Assembly (NCBI GenBank): GCA_963710755.1
Contig: CAVQBK010000003.1
Coordinates: forward strand, 288,001-352,000
DNA length: 64,000 nt
Direction of reading: 5' to 3'
From: an uncultured bacterium
Lineage (GTDB): Bacteria; Oederibacteriota; JAAXVQ01; JAUVAV01
The position numbers were made by a program, and so were the translations under genes. The notes below the pieces were generated by a model, which was not told the origin of the DNA, made no database searches, and saw only the letters and a program-made list of their open reading frames with translations. Shown piece by piece: positions 20,969 through 33,807 of this stretch. Each line of letters opens with the position of its first letter. Position 1 is the first letter of the stretch.

Positions 20969-21688
20969 ATGTATAGACAATTGGATAAATTAGAGCAAGC
21001 TTGTCAACAATGGGGAATCGATCTGTCAAAATATCAATGGAATAAATTTGCCCTATATATGAGAAAAATCAAAGAATGGAACGAAAAATTTAATATTACG
21101 GCCAATGACCAAGAAGAAGACATTGTGGTTAAACATTTTATTGATTCCCTTTCAGGTTATAAATATATCTTGAATGAAGCAAATACAATTATGGATATAG
21201 GCACAGGGGCTGGGTTTCCGGGATTGCCCCTAAAAATTATTCGTCCTGACTTACATATAACCTTTATTGATTCTTCTAAAAAGAAAATGTCAGCGCTTTA
21301 TGATATTTGTCAGGCATTGAATATAGATCATTATTTAATTCTGGATAAAAATATTGAATTGATAGGCAGAGACACTGCCTATCGTGAAACTTATGATGTG
21401 GTCGTCGTAAGAGCTTTGGCACCATTAAATTGTTTGTTGGAATATGGTTTGCCGATATTAAGGAAAAATGGCCATATGATTATTTATAAGGGTCCAGGTG
21501 TGGAACCAGAAGTGGAAAACTCACAGGCTGCACTCCAGCTGCTGGGTGGTAAGTTGCTAGAAAAAGACCATTTTTATTTGCCTTTCTCAGATAGGGAGAG
21601 AGTTATTCTCAATGTGGAAAAAATGGGGAAAACACCGGATAAATACCCACGTGCAGTGGGCATTCCACGCAAACGTCCTTTGAAATAA
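20969..21688 (+). CDS. rsmG: 16S rRNA m7G527 methyltransferase RsmG (GidB)
   Basis: WNEKFNITA, KHFIDS, DIGTGAGFPG, TPDKYPR..G.P.KRPL. Confidence 0.96.
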   Translation: MYRQLDKLEQACQQWGIDLSKYQWNKFALYMRKIKEWNEKFNITANDQEEDIVVKHFIDSLSGYKYILNEANTIMDIGTGAGFPGLPLKIIRPDLHITFIDSSKKKMSALYDICQALNIDHYLILDKNIELIGRDTAYRETYDVVVVRALAPLNCLLEYGLPILRKNGHMIIYKGPGVEPEVENSQAALQLLGGKLLEKDHFYLPFSDRERVILNVEKMGKTPDKYPRAVGIPRKRPLK

Positions 21689-22819
21689 TATAGGATTAAG
21701 GAAAACACACCATAAGCGCAGTGATGGGTCAGCAGCACTGGTTTTAAGGACAAGGAAAGCATGGTGAAAAAAGACATGCCCATCTTAAGTTTATAGTTAT
21801 AGTGAATATGCTGAGGCCTATAGAGATGAAAAACATAGGGCGTGCAAGACTTCACCCATGAACATAAGATCAAAAGCCAGAAAAAGCCGTTTCTTAAGAA
21901 TGCCCTTACGAGTACAAGTATAAGCAAACAAGGTAAAGTTAAAGATATGAACATGGTTTATCCTTGTGGCGCTCTTTTCAATTGTAGAATAATTCATTCC
22001 ATGCTGGGTAAAGCTGACCCAAGGTCACTGGTGGGAAAAAACGTCTTTCCGCAACCAGACCTAATTAGTTTTGGTTGCAGAATTAAATTTATTCAATTAT
22101 AGAGGTGCGTCTCTTAGGCGAAATCAATGGCTTTGGATTATGGGGTTTTTTTTAGGCCGAAAAATATTTTGTCCCACATAAATCAGCTATTTTACAAGAG
22201 GGATTTTCACGATAGAAGATAAATAAAAGCAAGAACTTTTTTTATCGCCGGCACAGCTACGCAACCATAGATCATGATCACGGCCTGGACTATAATTTTG
22301 GTGGCCATGAATTTAACCGGTCCATATAAATAACTTGTATATAATACAGGATCCATTACCGAAAACAACACAACAAAATCTTACAATAAGACTATTATGG
22401 TACGACCAAAATTAACTAAGGCTGCGATATTGTCGTTAAAAGAAAATTAATCCACAAATTGAAGTTGTCTTACGTTAAAATACAATATAATGCATAGGGA
22501 GAAGGATTGATTATTATTCATCCAGACTACCAGCCATGATTTCAGGGTAGTTTAATACCAAAGGAAAATGGTTTTTAAGTCAAAGATTTCTGGTGGCTCG
22601 GCCATAGGGATACAGGTTTATCACTTCATTTTTAGATTGTGACCTAATGTTTTTTTTATTTTCATCCTGTTTCGCTTTTAAAATGGCTTGTAATAGTGGT
22701 ATATATACCATTTCCATGATATGACGGAAAAAGTCCATGGCCACACCATCTATTTGGGCAGAGGACGATTAATTTACTTTCAGGACCATAGCGTAACTTC
22801 ATGTCCTGTGGAGACCAAC

Positions 22820-23947
22820 GTGAGAATTCATTGGTTAACTTTGAAAAATTTCAGAAATTACAAGTCCTTTGAAAATACTTTTTCCCCGGAGTTAAATATT
22901 TTAATCGGCCTTAATGCTCAGGGCAAAACTAATTTAATTGAAGCGCTTTATCTTTTAGGAACCACCAAATCATTTAAAAAAGCAGAACAGGATAATTTGA
23001 TTACAATCAATGAACATAGCGCCCTGCTAAAAGCATTGATTATAAGAAAAAATATTGAAAAAGAGATAATATTTAAGTTAAATGATCAAAAAAGGAAAGA
23101 AATCGTTGTTAACAATAAAAAAATACACAAAATAACCGATTATATTGGAAATGTGACCATTACCCTATTTTCTCCAGAAGACCTTTCCCTGATCAAAGGA
23201 GACGCTTCCTTTCGCAGGCGATTTTTAGATACAGTTTTATGTCAAACCGATAAATACTATTTAGCAGACTTGATTAGGTACCAGCGGGTCATCAAACATC
23301 GCAATGTAATATTAAAAGAAATTAAAAACAATCTCAAGAAAGCCAAAGCATTAGAACCGTGGAATGAGCAGTTAGTGGGGTATGCGTATAAAATATCTAA
23401 AAAAAGAAGTGAATTGTGCGATAAAATCAATATAATTGCCAACCAATTTCAAAAAATTATTAAAAATACGGAAAATTTAACCATCCATTACCAAGATGCT
23501 TTATGGCAAGGCACCCATCCTATTGATCAGGAAATGGTGTCTGTTTTAGGCCATAAACTGCAACAGATGGAAAAAGAAGAAATTGCCCGAGGCTCTAGCT
23601 TGGTGGGGCCTCATCGGGATAATTTGAAGGTTTGCATTAATAATCTGGATACCAGGGAGTTTGCTTCCCAGGGCCAACAACGTTCCTCAGCCATCAGCAT
23701 GCGCATGGCCGAAGTGGAATATATTAAAGAAGTATCCGGTGACTATCCTATATTATTACTTGACGATATTTTTTCCGAACTTGATGATACCAGAAGAAGT
23801 TTCCTGTGCGATTATCTTGATCAAGGCATCCAAATTTTCCTGACCGGTACCAGTGAACGTGATTTTACAAGTATCAGCAATCACGCCGCAATTTTTCATA
23901 TCCATAATGGTACAGGTCGTCTTGTAAGGGAAGGCCGCCATGGCTAA
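22820..23947 (+). CDS. recF: DNA replication/repair protein RecF (GTG start)
   Basis: NFRNY, GLNAQGKTN, GPHRD, ASQGQQR, LLDDIFSELD; RBS GGAG before GTG 22820. Confidence 0.96.
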   Translation: MRIHWLTLKNFRNYKSFENTFSPELNILIGLNAQGKTNLIEALYLLGTTKSFKKAEQDNLITINEHSALLKALIIRKNIEKEIIFKLNDQKRKEIVVNNKKIHKITDYIGNVTITLFSPEDLSLIKGDASFRRRFLDTVLCQTDKYYLADLIRYQRVIKHRNVILKEIKNNLKKAKALEPWNEQLVGYAYKISKKRSELCDKINIIANQFQKIIKNTENLTIHYQDALWQGTHPIDQEMVSVLGHKLQQMEKEEIARGSSLVGPHRDNLKVCINNLDTREFASQGQQRSSAISMRMAEVEYIKEVSGDYPILLLDDIFSELDDTRRSFLCDYLDQGIQIFLTGTSERDFTSISNHAAIFHIHNGTGRLVREGRHG

Positions 23948-24254
23948 AAAAAAATCACCCCAAAAAATCGACCATCTGATCTCGGGATTATTAAAAAAAT
24001 GGCGCTTGCATAGCCATCAAAAAAAATTAATGCTATCCACCTTATGGGTCACTATCGCCGGAGAACGGATCGCCCGCCATACCAAGCCGGACCAATTGTC
24101 CCAAGGTAAACTAATCGTCTTAGTGGAAAATTCCAGCTGGATGAATGAGTTGACTTTTATGAAAGAAACGATTAAAATTAAGGCTAAATCCTTATTTTTA
24201 CAACATCGGATCGAGATCGATGACGTCATTTTCAAAATTGGAAAATTAACCTAA
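23940..24254 (+). CDS. DUF721 / DciA-family protein
   Basis: W..IAGERIARHTKP..L..GKL.V.VENSSWMNEL; canonical position between recF and gyrB. Confidence 0.85.
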   Translation: MAKKKSPQKIDHLISGLLKKWRLHSHQKKLMLSTLWVTIAGERIARHTKPDQLSQGKLIVLVENSSWMNELTFMKETIKIKAKSLFLQHRIEIDDVIFKIGKLT

Positions 24255-24504
24255 ACCACAGGTTAATGTCTGGAACCAAGGCTGAACATTCATCTCATGG
24301 CCTGAATCCGAAAGCTTGGTCATGACGATCAACCCAACGCTGACTTCTTCTTCCTTAAACGAACAAGGCCTGTCTTTTATCGCAAGCCTGCATGTAGGGA
24401 TAATGCAAGTAAAATATCCACAAGGAATTGCGGGGATGAAGCGAGGGTGTATTAAAACGCTTCGTCGGTTTGATCAAGGTGTCCAAGATTCCTGAAAATG
24501 GTAA

Positions 24505-27195
<2,691 letters not shown>

Positions 27196-27280
27196 CTCTG
27201 ATGCGCCATGCCCGTTTCATTTAGGTTGACCATAATCGTCTAACCCGGCTTAGTCTTCATCACCTTCAGGGAGAGCAATA

Positions 27281-28567
27281 ATGCTGGATCGAAAATTCAT
27301 TCGCGATAACCCGGAAAAAATCAGCCAAGCCTTGAGCCATCGGGGCCATGACTTTGATCTCAATACCTTTTTAATCGACGATCAGGTGTGGCGTGAAAAA
27401 ATGCAGAGTGTGGAGCAACTCCAGGCTCAACGCAACCAGGTTACCGAACTCATTGCCCGTAAAAAGAAAAATAAAGAAGATGCTACTCAAGATATTGAGA
27501 ACATGCGGTTAGTGGCGAAAAAAATAAAACTCTTTACTCAGGAAATAAGCGAATTGGATGATAAGTTGCAGCAACTAATGCTGCGCATTCCCAATCTGCC
27601 CCATGACTCGGTGCCGGTTGGAGCGGATGAAACAGCCAATGTGGAAATTCGCCAATGGGGCAGCAAACCCACCTTCTCCTTCAACCCCAAACCCCACTGG
27701 GAATTGGGGGAGCAGCTGGGGTTGTTTGATCTGGCCCGGGCCGCCAAGATTTCCGGTGCGCGCTTTGCCGTGTACCGCGGGGCCGGAGCCCGGTTGGAAA
27801 GAGCCCTGATACAATTCATGCTCGATGTCCAAACCCTGGAACACGGCTATACGGAAATTTTCCCGCCGCTGTTGGTTAATCGTGATGCCATGATCGGGAC
27901 CGGCCAATTGCCCAAAATGGAAAACGATATGTTTAAAACCAGCGAGGATGACCTCTACCTCATTCCCACGGCAGAAGTTCCTGTCACCAATCTGCACCGT
28001 CAGGAAGTGCTTTCCAAAGAGCAGTTGCCCATCTATTACGTGGCCTATACGCCTTGTTTCCGGCGGGAAGCCGGATCTTATGGCAAAGACACCAAGGGCA
28101 TTGTCCGCCAGCATCAGTTCAATAAGGTTGAATTGGTCAAAATCGTGCATCCCGACAGCTCCTACCAGGAATTGGAAGCCTTGGTGGTCAATGCTGAAGA
28201 AATACTGAAACGGTTAAATCTCCATTATCGGCTGGTGGTGTTATCCACCGGGGATATGTCCTTTGCTGCAGCCAAAGGTTATGACTTAGAAGTATGGCAC
28301 AGCGGCAGCGGCCGTTATTGGGAAGTGTCGTCTTGCTCCAATTTCGAAGCTTTTCAGGCCCGCAGGGCTCAAATCCGCTTCAAAGACGAGCAAAATAAAA
28401 ATCAATTCTGTCACACCTTAAACGGTTCCGGCTTGGCCACCTCCCGCTTGTTGCCTGCGATTATAGAGAATTATCAACAGGCCGACGGCAGTATTCTCAT
28501 TCCCGACGCCTTGGTCCCTTATGTGGGCGGCAAACGGAAAATCAACAGCGCCGGGCAATGGGAATAA
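27281..28567 (+). CDS. serS: Serine-tRNA ligase
   Basis: LIPTAEVP, CFRREAGSYG, RQHQFNKVE, HTLNGSGLA. Confidence 0.98.
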   Translation: MLDRKFIRDNPEKISQALSHRGHDFDLNTFLIDDQVWREKMQSVEQLQAQRNQVTELIARKKKNKEDATQDIENMRLVAKKIKLFTQEISELDDKLQQLMLRIPNLPHDSVPVGADETANVEIRQWGSKPTFSFNPKPHWELGEQLGLFDLARAAKISGARFAVYRGAGARLERALIQFMLDVQTLEHGYTEIFPPLLVNRDAMIGTGQLPKMENDMFKTSEDDLYLIPTAEVPVTNLHRQEVLSKEQLPIYYVAYTPCFRREAGSYGKDTKGIVRQHQFNKVELVKIVHPDSSYQELEALVVNAEEILKRLNLHYRLVVLSTGDMSFAAAKGYDLEVWHSGSGRYWEVSSCSNFEAFQARRAQIRFKDEQNKNQFCHTLNGSGLATSRLLPAIIENYQQADGSILIPDALVPYVGGKRKINSAGQWE

Positions 28568-28612
28568 CGGTAATCAATGGACGGATTCTTCCGGTGGATT
28601 AAAAATTTTTGG

Positions 28613-28641
28613 TTGTGTTTCGAAACCAAAGGTTATATGAT
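28613..28641 (+). promoter_or_regulatory. Possible sigma70 promoter of tRNA-Ser(UGA)
   Basis: TTGTGT-N17-TATGAT 15 nt upstream of the tRNA. Confidence 0.45.
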
Positions 28642-28656
28642 TCTTTTTCCAATTTT

Positions 28657-28742
28657 GGAGGGCTAGTATAACTGGTAATGCAGCAGACTTGAAATCTGCC
28701 GGCCCTTGGGCCTTGGGGGTTCGAGTCCCTCGCCCTCCGCCA
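28657..28742 (+). tRNA. tRNA-Ser (anticodon UGA)
   Basis: Acceptor GGAGGGC/GCCCTCC, G73, CCA; anticodon arm GCAGA-CTTGAAA-TCTGC; long variable arm; TTCGA T-loop. Confidence 0.93.
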
Positions 28743-28951
28743 GTTTGGTGCTTATTAAAAACCGGCCGGGCAGCTAAACGACGTTTAGGTGCGGTCGATG
28801 CTCGATGGCTTTTCCCCAGGATGGGGATCGATTTTCATGTTTTTAGAGAATTGATTAATATTTTAAAAGCGAGAATCGAAAAGCTATAGTTGATCGCATT
28901 TGTATTCTATGTCGATTAATGTTCAAATGCTTTGTCTCACTATTGTTCAAC

Positions 28952-29147
<196 letters not shown>

Positions 29148-29149
29148 CC

Positions 29150-29178
29150 TTTGAAATTTCGCCTAGCGGAATTTCAAA
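29150..29178 (+). terminator. Stem-loop closing the tRNA repeat region, possible terminator
   Basis: TTTGAAATTTCGC-CTA-GCGGAATTTCAAA inverted repeat; no clear U-tract. Confidence 0.5.
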
Positions 29179-29517
29179 TCTCACCTACGCTAATCCCTAT
29201 CCTAATTAATCTCTTTCGTTCCCATTGATCCAATATAATTTATCAAATAAAGTCCTGTGACTTATTATAGTTTCACCCTCTTCCCATGCCCATAGTTGTC
29301 GCATTCTTGGGGCTCGAAAAATGTCGCCTATAAGCCTTAAGGTTAACATTCAGTGTCATAACTAAAAAGGGGTGTTTAACCAGTAGCGTGGTTATCTTTA
29401 CATGCCTCAAGGTTAAGACACTAGGCGAGAATAATATAGGAAGCTTTTGGGCCATTGCATAAGGGGGAGAAGCAGCAGCAGATTTTTAAGCCCAAGCTAG
29501 GAAAGGAGGAATAACAG

Positions 29518-30348
29518 ATGGGTGAATTAAACTTGTCCTCTACCATAGAGCTAACGGAAAAGGTTCGCATTCCTGTGTTGGGATTGGGGGTATGGCAGAT
29601 TCCCGACGGCCGGGAGACAGCGGATGCGGTTACCTGGGCTTTGAAATGCGGATACCGCCACATTGATACAGCCGCCATATACGGCAATGAAGTCAGCGTC
29701 GGACAGGCAATTAAAAACAGTGGCTTAAAAAGAGAGCAAATATTTATCACCACCAAAGTATGGAATAGCGACCACGGTTATGACAAAACATTGGCTGCTT
29801 GGGAAAAGAGCCGGCGGCGCTTGGGGGTGGATTATATCGATTTATATTTAATTCACTGGCCGGTGGAAAATCAACGGCGCGATACCTGGCGGGCACTGGA
29901 AACCTTATACAAAGAAGACAAATGCCGGGCGATCGGGGTAAGCAATTATACGTCCCGGCACCTGACCGAATTGCTGGACTCCAGCGAAATCAAGCCGGCT
30001 ATTAATCAGGTGGAGTTCAGTCCCTTTTTATATCAGCGGGATTTGTTGGACTTTTGCAGGCAACAGGATATTAAAGTAGAGGCCTACAGCCCGTTGACCA
30101 GGGGCAGAAAATTGTACCATCCTGTTATTGTTGAAATCGGCCATTACCTGCAGAAGTCACCGGCACAAATTTTAATTCGCTGGTGTCTGCAGCATGGCTT
30201 GGTCGTTATACCCAAATCTGCGCAACCTGAGCATATAAAGGAAAACAGTCAGGTTTTTGATTTCCAACTCGATGCCAAAGCCATGGACAGGCTGGACGGA
30301 CTTAACGAACAATTCCGGGTGGCCTGGGATCCCAGTGACATGCCTTGA
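29518..30348 (+). CDS. Aldo/keto reductase (2,5-diketo-D-gluconate reductase / YvgN-like)
   Basis: GYRHIDTAAIYGNE, FITTKVW, DLYLIHWP, IGVSN, IPKS; RBS AAGGAGG. Confidence 0.95.
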   Translation: MGELNLSSTIELTEKVRIPVLGLGVWQIPDGRETADAVTWALKCGYRHIDTAAIYGNEVSVGQAIKNSGLKREQIFITTKVWNSDHGYDKTLAAWEKSRRRLGVDYIDLYLIHWPVENQRRDTWRALETLYKEDKCRAIGVSNYTSRHLTELLDSSEIKPAINQVEFSPFLYQRDLLDFCRQQDIKVEAYSPLTRGRKLYHPVIVEIGHYLQKSPAQILIRWCLQHGLVVIPKSAQPEHIKENSQVFDFQLDAKAMDRLDGLNEQFRVAWDPSDMP

Positions 30349-30420
30349 AGCAGAGCTGCTGGTTGCCAAAGGCAGTCCCCGTGAGTGGGGTATTATAACC
30401 GGTCGGGGCTGAAGGGTAAT

Positions 30421-31272
30421 TTAATCTTTCTGCACCCAGCTTATGCGGTAGTCGGTTTTTTCCGGAACAGCATCAAGTTGAGGATCGAGGTTTTGCCACG
30501 TCCCCTTCAGGCCGTGGACTTGGGCCCCCAGCGCGAAGTGGCGCATGGCAATGCCAGTATCCAAGCGATGCATACCGCGGCGGTCATAATCCTCCTTAGC
30601 CGCGACTTTAAAAAAATGAAAGATATTCCGGGAAGGATCTTTAACTATTCGCCAGGACTGCATATTGCCGGCCGAAGGCCCCAACCGTACCCATTCGAGG
30701 GCCTCCTGCAGATCTCCTGCTTCGGCAGCAAGTAAAGGCTGTGTAAAAGATCCACGGAAGAAAAGTTGATCCCAGGGCTTCCGGCGATGCGCTCGCACAC
30801 TTATACGCGCTACTTTATCTTTGGTGGTTGGCGTTTCCGCCGCCCGGCCCAGCACCACGACCGCCGGTCTAATTTCATTGGGCGCCAATACTAAACGCGA
30901 GAAAAAATCGGGATTGAACGTGCCCAACCAACAAGAGTTGACGCCCATGCGAGTGATCTCGAGCACGATCTTTTCCAAGGCATAGGCATACGCTTCATAA
31001 TACATGGGCGAAGAGGAAACAGTGCCTACCAAAAAATAGCGATAATTGGTGATCAAACGGAGATAATCGCCTAAATGGGCACTGTTGAAAGTCTGGGCAT
31101 CATAAACCGTAAAACGAAGGGTCTCTCCAAAACATCCCCGGGTATAGGTTTTGCAAATGGATTCCAAGGTTGATATTTCGTCCGGCTGTAATGGTGTTTC
31201 GGCATAAGTGCGGCAAGAAAAGCGCGCTTTGATGACCTGGTCCCAGGTCAAAGAGTCTTGCGTCATAAACAC
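30421..31272 (-). CDS. Two-domain nitroreductase-family protein
   Basis: IKARFSCRTY, SCWLG, PSAGNMQSW, DTGIAMRHF. Confidence 0.85.
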   Translation of the reverse strand: MFMTQDSLTWDQVIKARFSCRTYAETPLQPDEISTLESICKTYTRGCFGETLRFTVYDAQTFNSAHLGDYLRLITNYRYFLVGTVSSSPMYYEAYAYALEKIVLEITRMGVNSCWLGTFNPDFFSRLVLAPNEIRPAVVVLGRAAETPTTKDKVARISVRAHRRKPWDQLFFRGSFTQPLLAAEAGDLQEALEWVRLGPSAGNMQSWRIVKDPSRNIFHFFKVAAKEDYDRRGMHRLDTGIAMRHFALGAQVHGLKGTWQNLDPQLDAVPEKTDYRISWVQKD

Positions 31273-31633
31273 ACCTTCTTTCTTTTTGGATCTAACACAA
31301 ATTTAATATTTCCTTCATACAATCCTGATGCGCTCTTCCTACCATGTGCGCATTCGGATCCGACAGGCTGAGCTGAGCGGCTGGCCAGAAGGAGGTGATG
31401 ATCTGGGCAACGGACAAATATTGGCAACAAATAAAAGGGCTACCGTAATGACCCATGGCTGAGAATATCTTTCTCACAGGGTAACCGCCGGGCCAGCCAG
31501 CAACAGTATCTGGCTCAAAAATGATTTTCATGCACCATGACCAAGCCGCGGTGAAACTTAACGACCCGTGGCCGCCGTCTCTCCCATTAAATGAAGCGGT
31601 CATGGCAAAGGAATAAGCTGTTTATCTTTACGC

Positions 31634-31662
31634 TTGAACGCACGAACCCAATCCGCTACAAT
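31634..31662 (+). promoter_or_regulatory. Sigma70-type promoter of pstS
   Basis: TTGAAC-N17-TACAAT. Confidence 0.55.
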
Positions 31663-31727
31663 CGGCAAGGTCGATAATGTAAGCGCATTAGCATTAATCA
31701 TTTTACAAAAAAAAGAGAGGTCTAATC

Positions 31728-32738
31728 ATGAAATTTTTAAAATATTTATTATGGTCCTTGCTCTCCCTGATGTTGACCGTTCCTATAGCCCGGGCCGCTG
31801 ATACCTTGAATGGCGCCGGTGCCTCTTTCCCTTATCCTGTTTATTCAGCTTGGGCCTATGAATACAATCAAGCCACGGGTGTTCAAGTAAATTATCAATC
31901 CATTGGTTCCGGTGGTGGGGTTAAGCAAATTACGGCCCGCACCGTGGATTTTGGCGCTTCCGATGCCCCGCTGACCGCGGAAGTGTTAAATCAAGAGCAC
32001 CTGCTGCAATTTCCGGCCGTTATGGGCGGCGTAGTGCCCGTGGTTAATATCGCTGGCGTTAAAGCCGGAGAGCTGAAAGTGGACGGCGAGACCTTGGCCA
32101 AAATATTTATGGGCACGATTAAGAGATGGAATGACAAAGCCATTAAAGCCGCCAACCCCAACCTCAAATTGCCCAATGCAGAAATCACGGTGGTTCACCG
32201 TTCCGATGGTTCTGGTACCACTGCCATTTTTTCCACCTATTTGGCTGCCGTTAGCGCCACCTGGAAAGAAAAAGTGGGCGCAGGTAAAGCCCTGGATTGG
32301 CCGGTGGGTATCGGCGGCAAAGGCAATGAAGGTGTGGCGAATTATACCAAGCGCTCTAAAAATAGCATTGGCTACGTGGAATATGCTTATGCGAAACAGA
32401 ATAAATTGGCCTATGTGGATTTAAAAAATGCGGCCGGCAAATTTGTTGCGCCCAGCTTTGAAACCTTTGAAGATGCGGCCGCCTCGGCTGATTTTACCGC
32501 GGCCAATCACTTTGATCTTTGGCTGGTCAATGCACCCGGTAAAAACGCTTGGCCTATTGCCGGCGCGACCTTTATTTTGTTGGCAAAAGAGAAAAAAGAT
32601 GCGAATATGAAGGTCGTTAAATTCTTTGATTGGGCCTTCAAAAACGGCGATGCCCAGGCCAAAAAAATGGTCTACGTACCGCTGCCGGAATCACTGAAAG
32701 ACAAAATAAGAGCTTATTTGAAATCAAACGGACTGTAA
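31728..32738 (+). CDS. pstS: Phosphate ABC transporter substrate-binding protein
   Basis: Signal peptide; GAGASFP, YQSIGSGGG, DFGASD, RSDGSGTT. Confidence 0.97.
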   Translation: MKFLKYLLWSLLSLMLTVPIARAADTLNGAGASFPYPVYSAWAYEYNQATGVQVNYQSIGSGGGVKQITARTVDFGASDAPLTAEVLNQEHLLQFPAVMGGVVPVVNIAGVKAGELKVDGETLAKIFMGTIKRWNDKAIKAANPNLKLPNAEITVVHRSDGSGTTAIFSTYLAAVSATWKEKVGAGKALDWPVGIGGKGNEGVANYTKRSKNSIGYVEYAYAKQNKLAYVDLKNAAGKFVAPSFETFEDAAASADFTAANHFDLWLVNAPGKNAWPIAGATFILLAKEKKDANMKVVKFFDWAFKNGDAQAKKMVYVPLPESLKDKIRAYLKSNGL

Positions 32739-32762
32739 TCCAATCCGATCGTGCCGACAACT

Positions 32763-32810
32763 GGCGGGGTGGGCTCACCCTGGTGGGCCTACTCCGCCTT
32801 TTTTATTTTT
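32763..32810 (+). terminator. Intra-operon stem-loop / intrinsic terminator after pstS
   Basis: GGCGGGGTGGGCTCACC-CT-GGTGGGCCTACTCCGCC followed by TTTTTTATTTTT. Confidence 0.8.
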
Positions 32811-32862
32811 ACGCACTTCCGGCATGATCAGGTTATGCTCATCAGGAGTGGACGCAAAGGTT

Positions 32863-33807
32863 ATGGCGGTTGAAACAGCAAAGAAAAATGTGATCGACGT
32901 TCTTTTTTCGGTCATTACCGGCATTGCCGCCGTGGCCATTATTATATTTATTGTGGGTATCCTGTGGGTGCTGGTTTATGAGTCTTTTCCTGCCATCCAG
33001 AAGTTTGGCATCATTCATTTTCTCACCTCTCCTGACTGGAATCCGGTCAAAGAGCGGTTTGGCGCGCTTACTAATATTTACGGCACGGTGATCACCACAG
33101 CCTTTTCACTGGTCTTATCCATTCCCGTGGCTATAGGTATTGCCATTTTCCTTACCGAAATTGCGCCGTCTTATTTGAAAGGGCCCATTGGCACGGCCAT
33201 TGAACTCCTGGCCGCCATTCCCAGTATCATCTACGGCATGTGGGGCTTGTTTACCCTTGCGCCGATTATGAGCAATACCGTGGAACCGTTCCTGCAAAAA
33301 ATAACAGCCGGCATTCCTTTTTTAGCCTTCCTCTTTGCCGGCACGCCTATGGGGGTGGATATTCTCACCGCCAGCATTATCCTGAGCATTATGTTGATTC
33401 CTTTTACCGCCAGCATTGCCCGTGATTCTTTTAATTTGACGCCGGCTGTGGTCAAGGAATCCGCTTATGCCCTGGGTGCCACCCAGTGGGAAGTGGTCAA
33501 GGATGTCGTGCTGCCCTATTCCAAGATTGGTGTCTTTGGCGGAGTGGTGCTTTCTCTGGGCCGCGCCTTGGGCGAAACCATGGCGGTGGCCTTTGTGCTC
33601 GGCAATAACCATAAAATCGCAACCTCCTTCTTGGATGCCGCGGCGACCATCACGGTAACCTTGGCCAATGAATTTACGGAAGCCGATAATGCACTTTATC
33701 TTTCCTCGCTTTTCTATCTGGCCTTGATACTCTTTGTCATGAGTTTCATTACCCTGGCCATTGCCAAATTTTTCCTCATTCGCGCGGAAAGGAAGAGCGC
33801 GGCATGA
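32863..33807 (+). CDS. pstC: Phosphate ABC transporter permease PstC
   Basis: ELLAAIPSIIYGMWG, ESAYALGAT.WE, LGRALGETMAV. Confidence 0.96.
   Translation: MAVETAKKNVIDVLFSVITGIAAVAIIIFIVGILWVLVYESFPAIQKFGIIHFLTSPDWNPVKERFGALTNIYGTVITTAFSLVLSIPVAIGIAIFLTEIAPSYLKGPIGTAIELLAAIPSIIYGMWGLFTLAPIMSNTVEPFLQKITAGIPFLAFLFAGTPMGVDILTASIILSIMLIPFTASIARDSFNLTPAVVKESAYALGATQWEVVKDVVLPYSKIGVFGGVVLSLGRALGETMAVAFVLGNNHKIATSFLDAAATITVTLANEFTEADNALYLSSLFYLALILFVMSFITLAIAKFFLIRAERKSAA

Noticed and set aside
21574-22102. ORFs 21574-21954 (-) and 21842-22102 (+) as genes
   Set aside because: No recognisable motifs or convincing RBS; one overlaps rsmG antisense
28657-28742. tRNA-Sec or opal suppressor
   Set aside because: Anticodon is UGA (reads UCA, Ser), not UCA; acceptor stem is 7 bp
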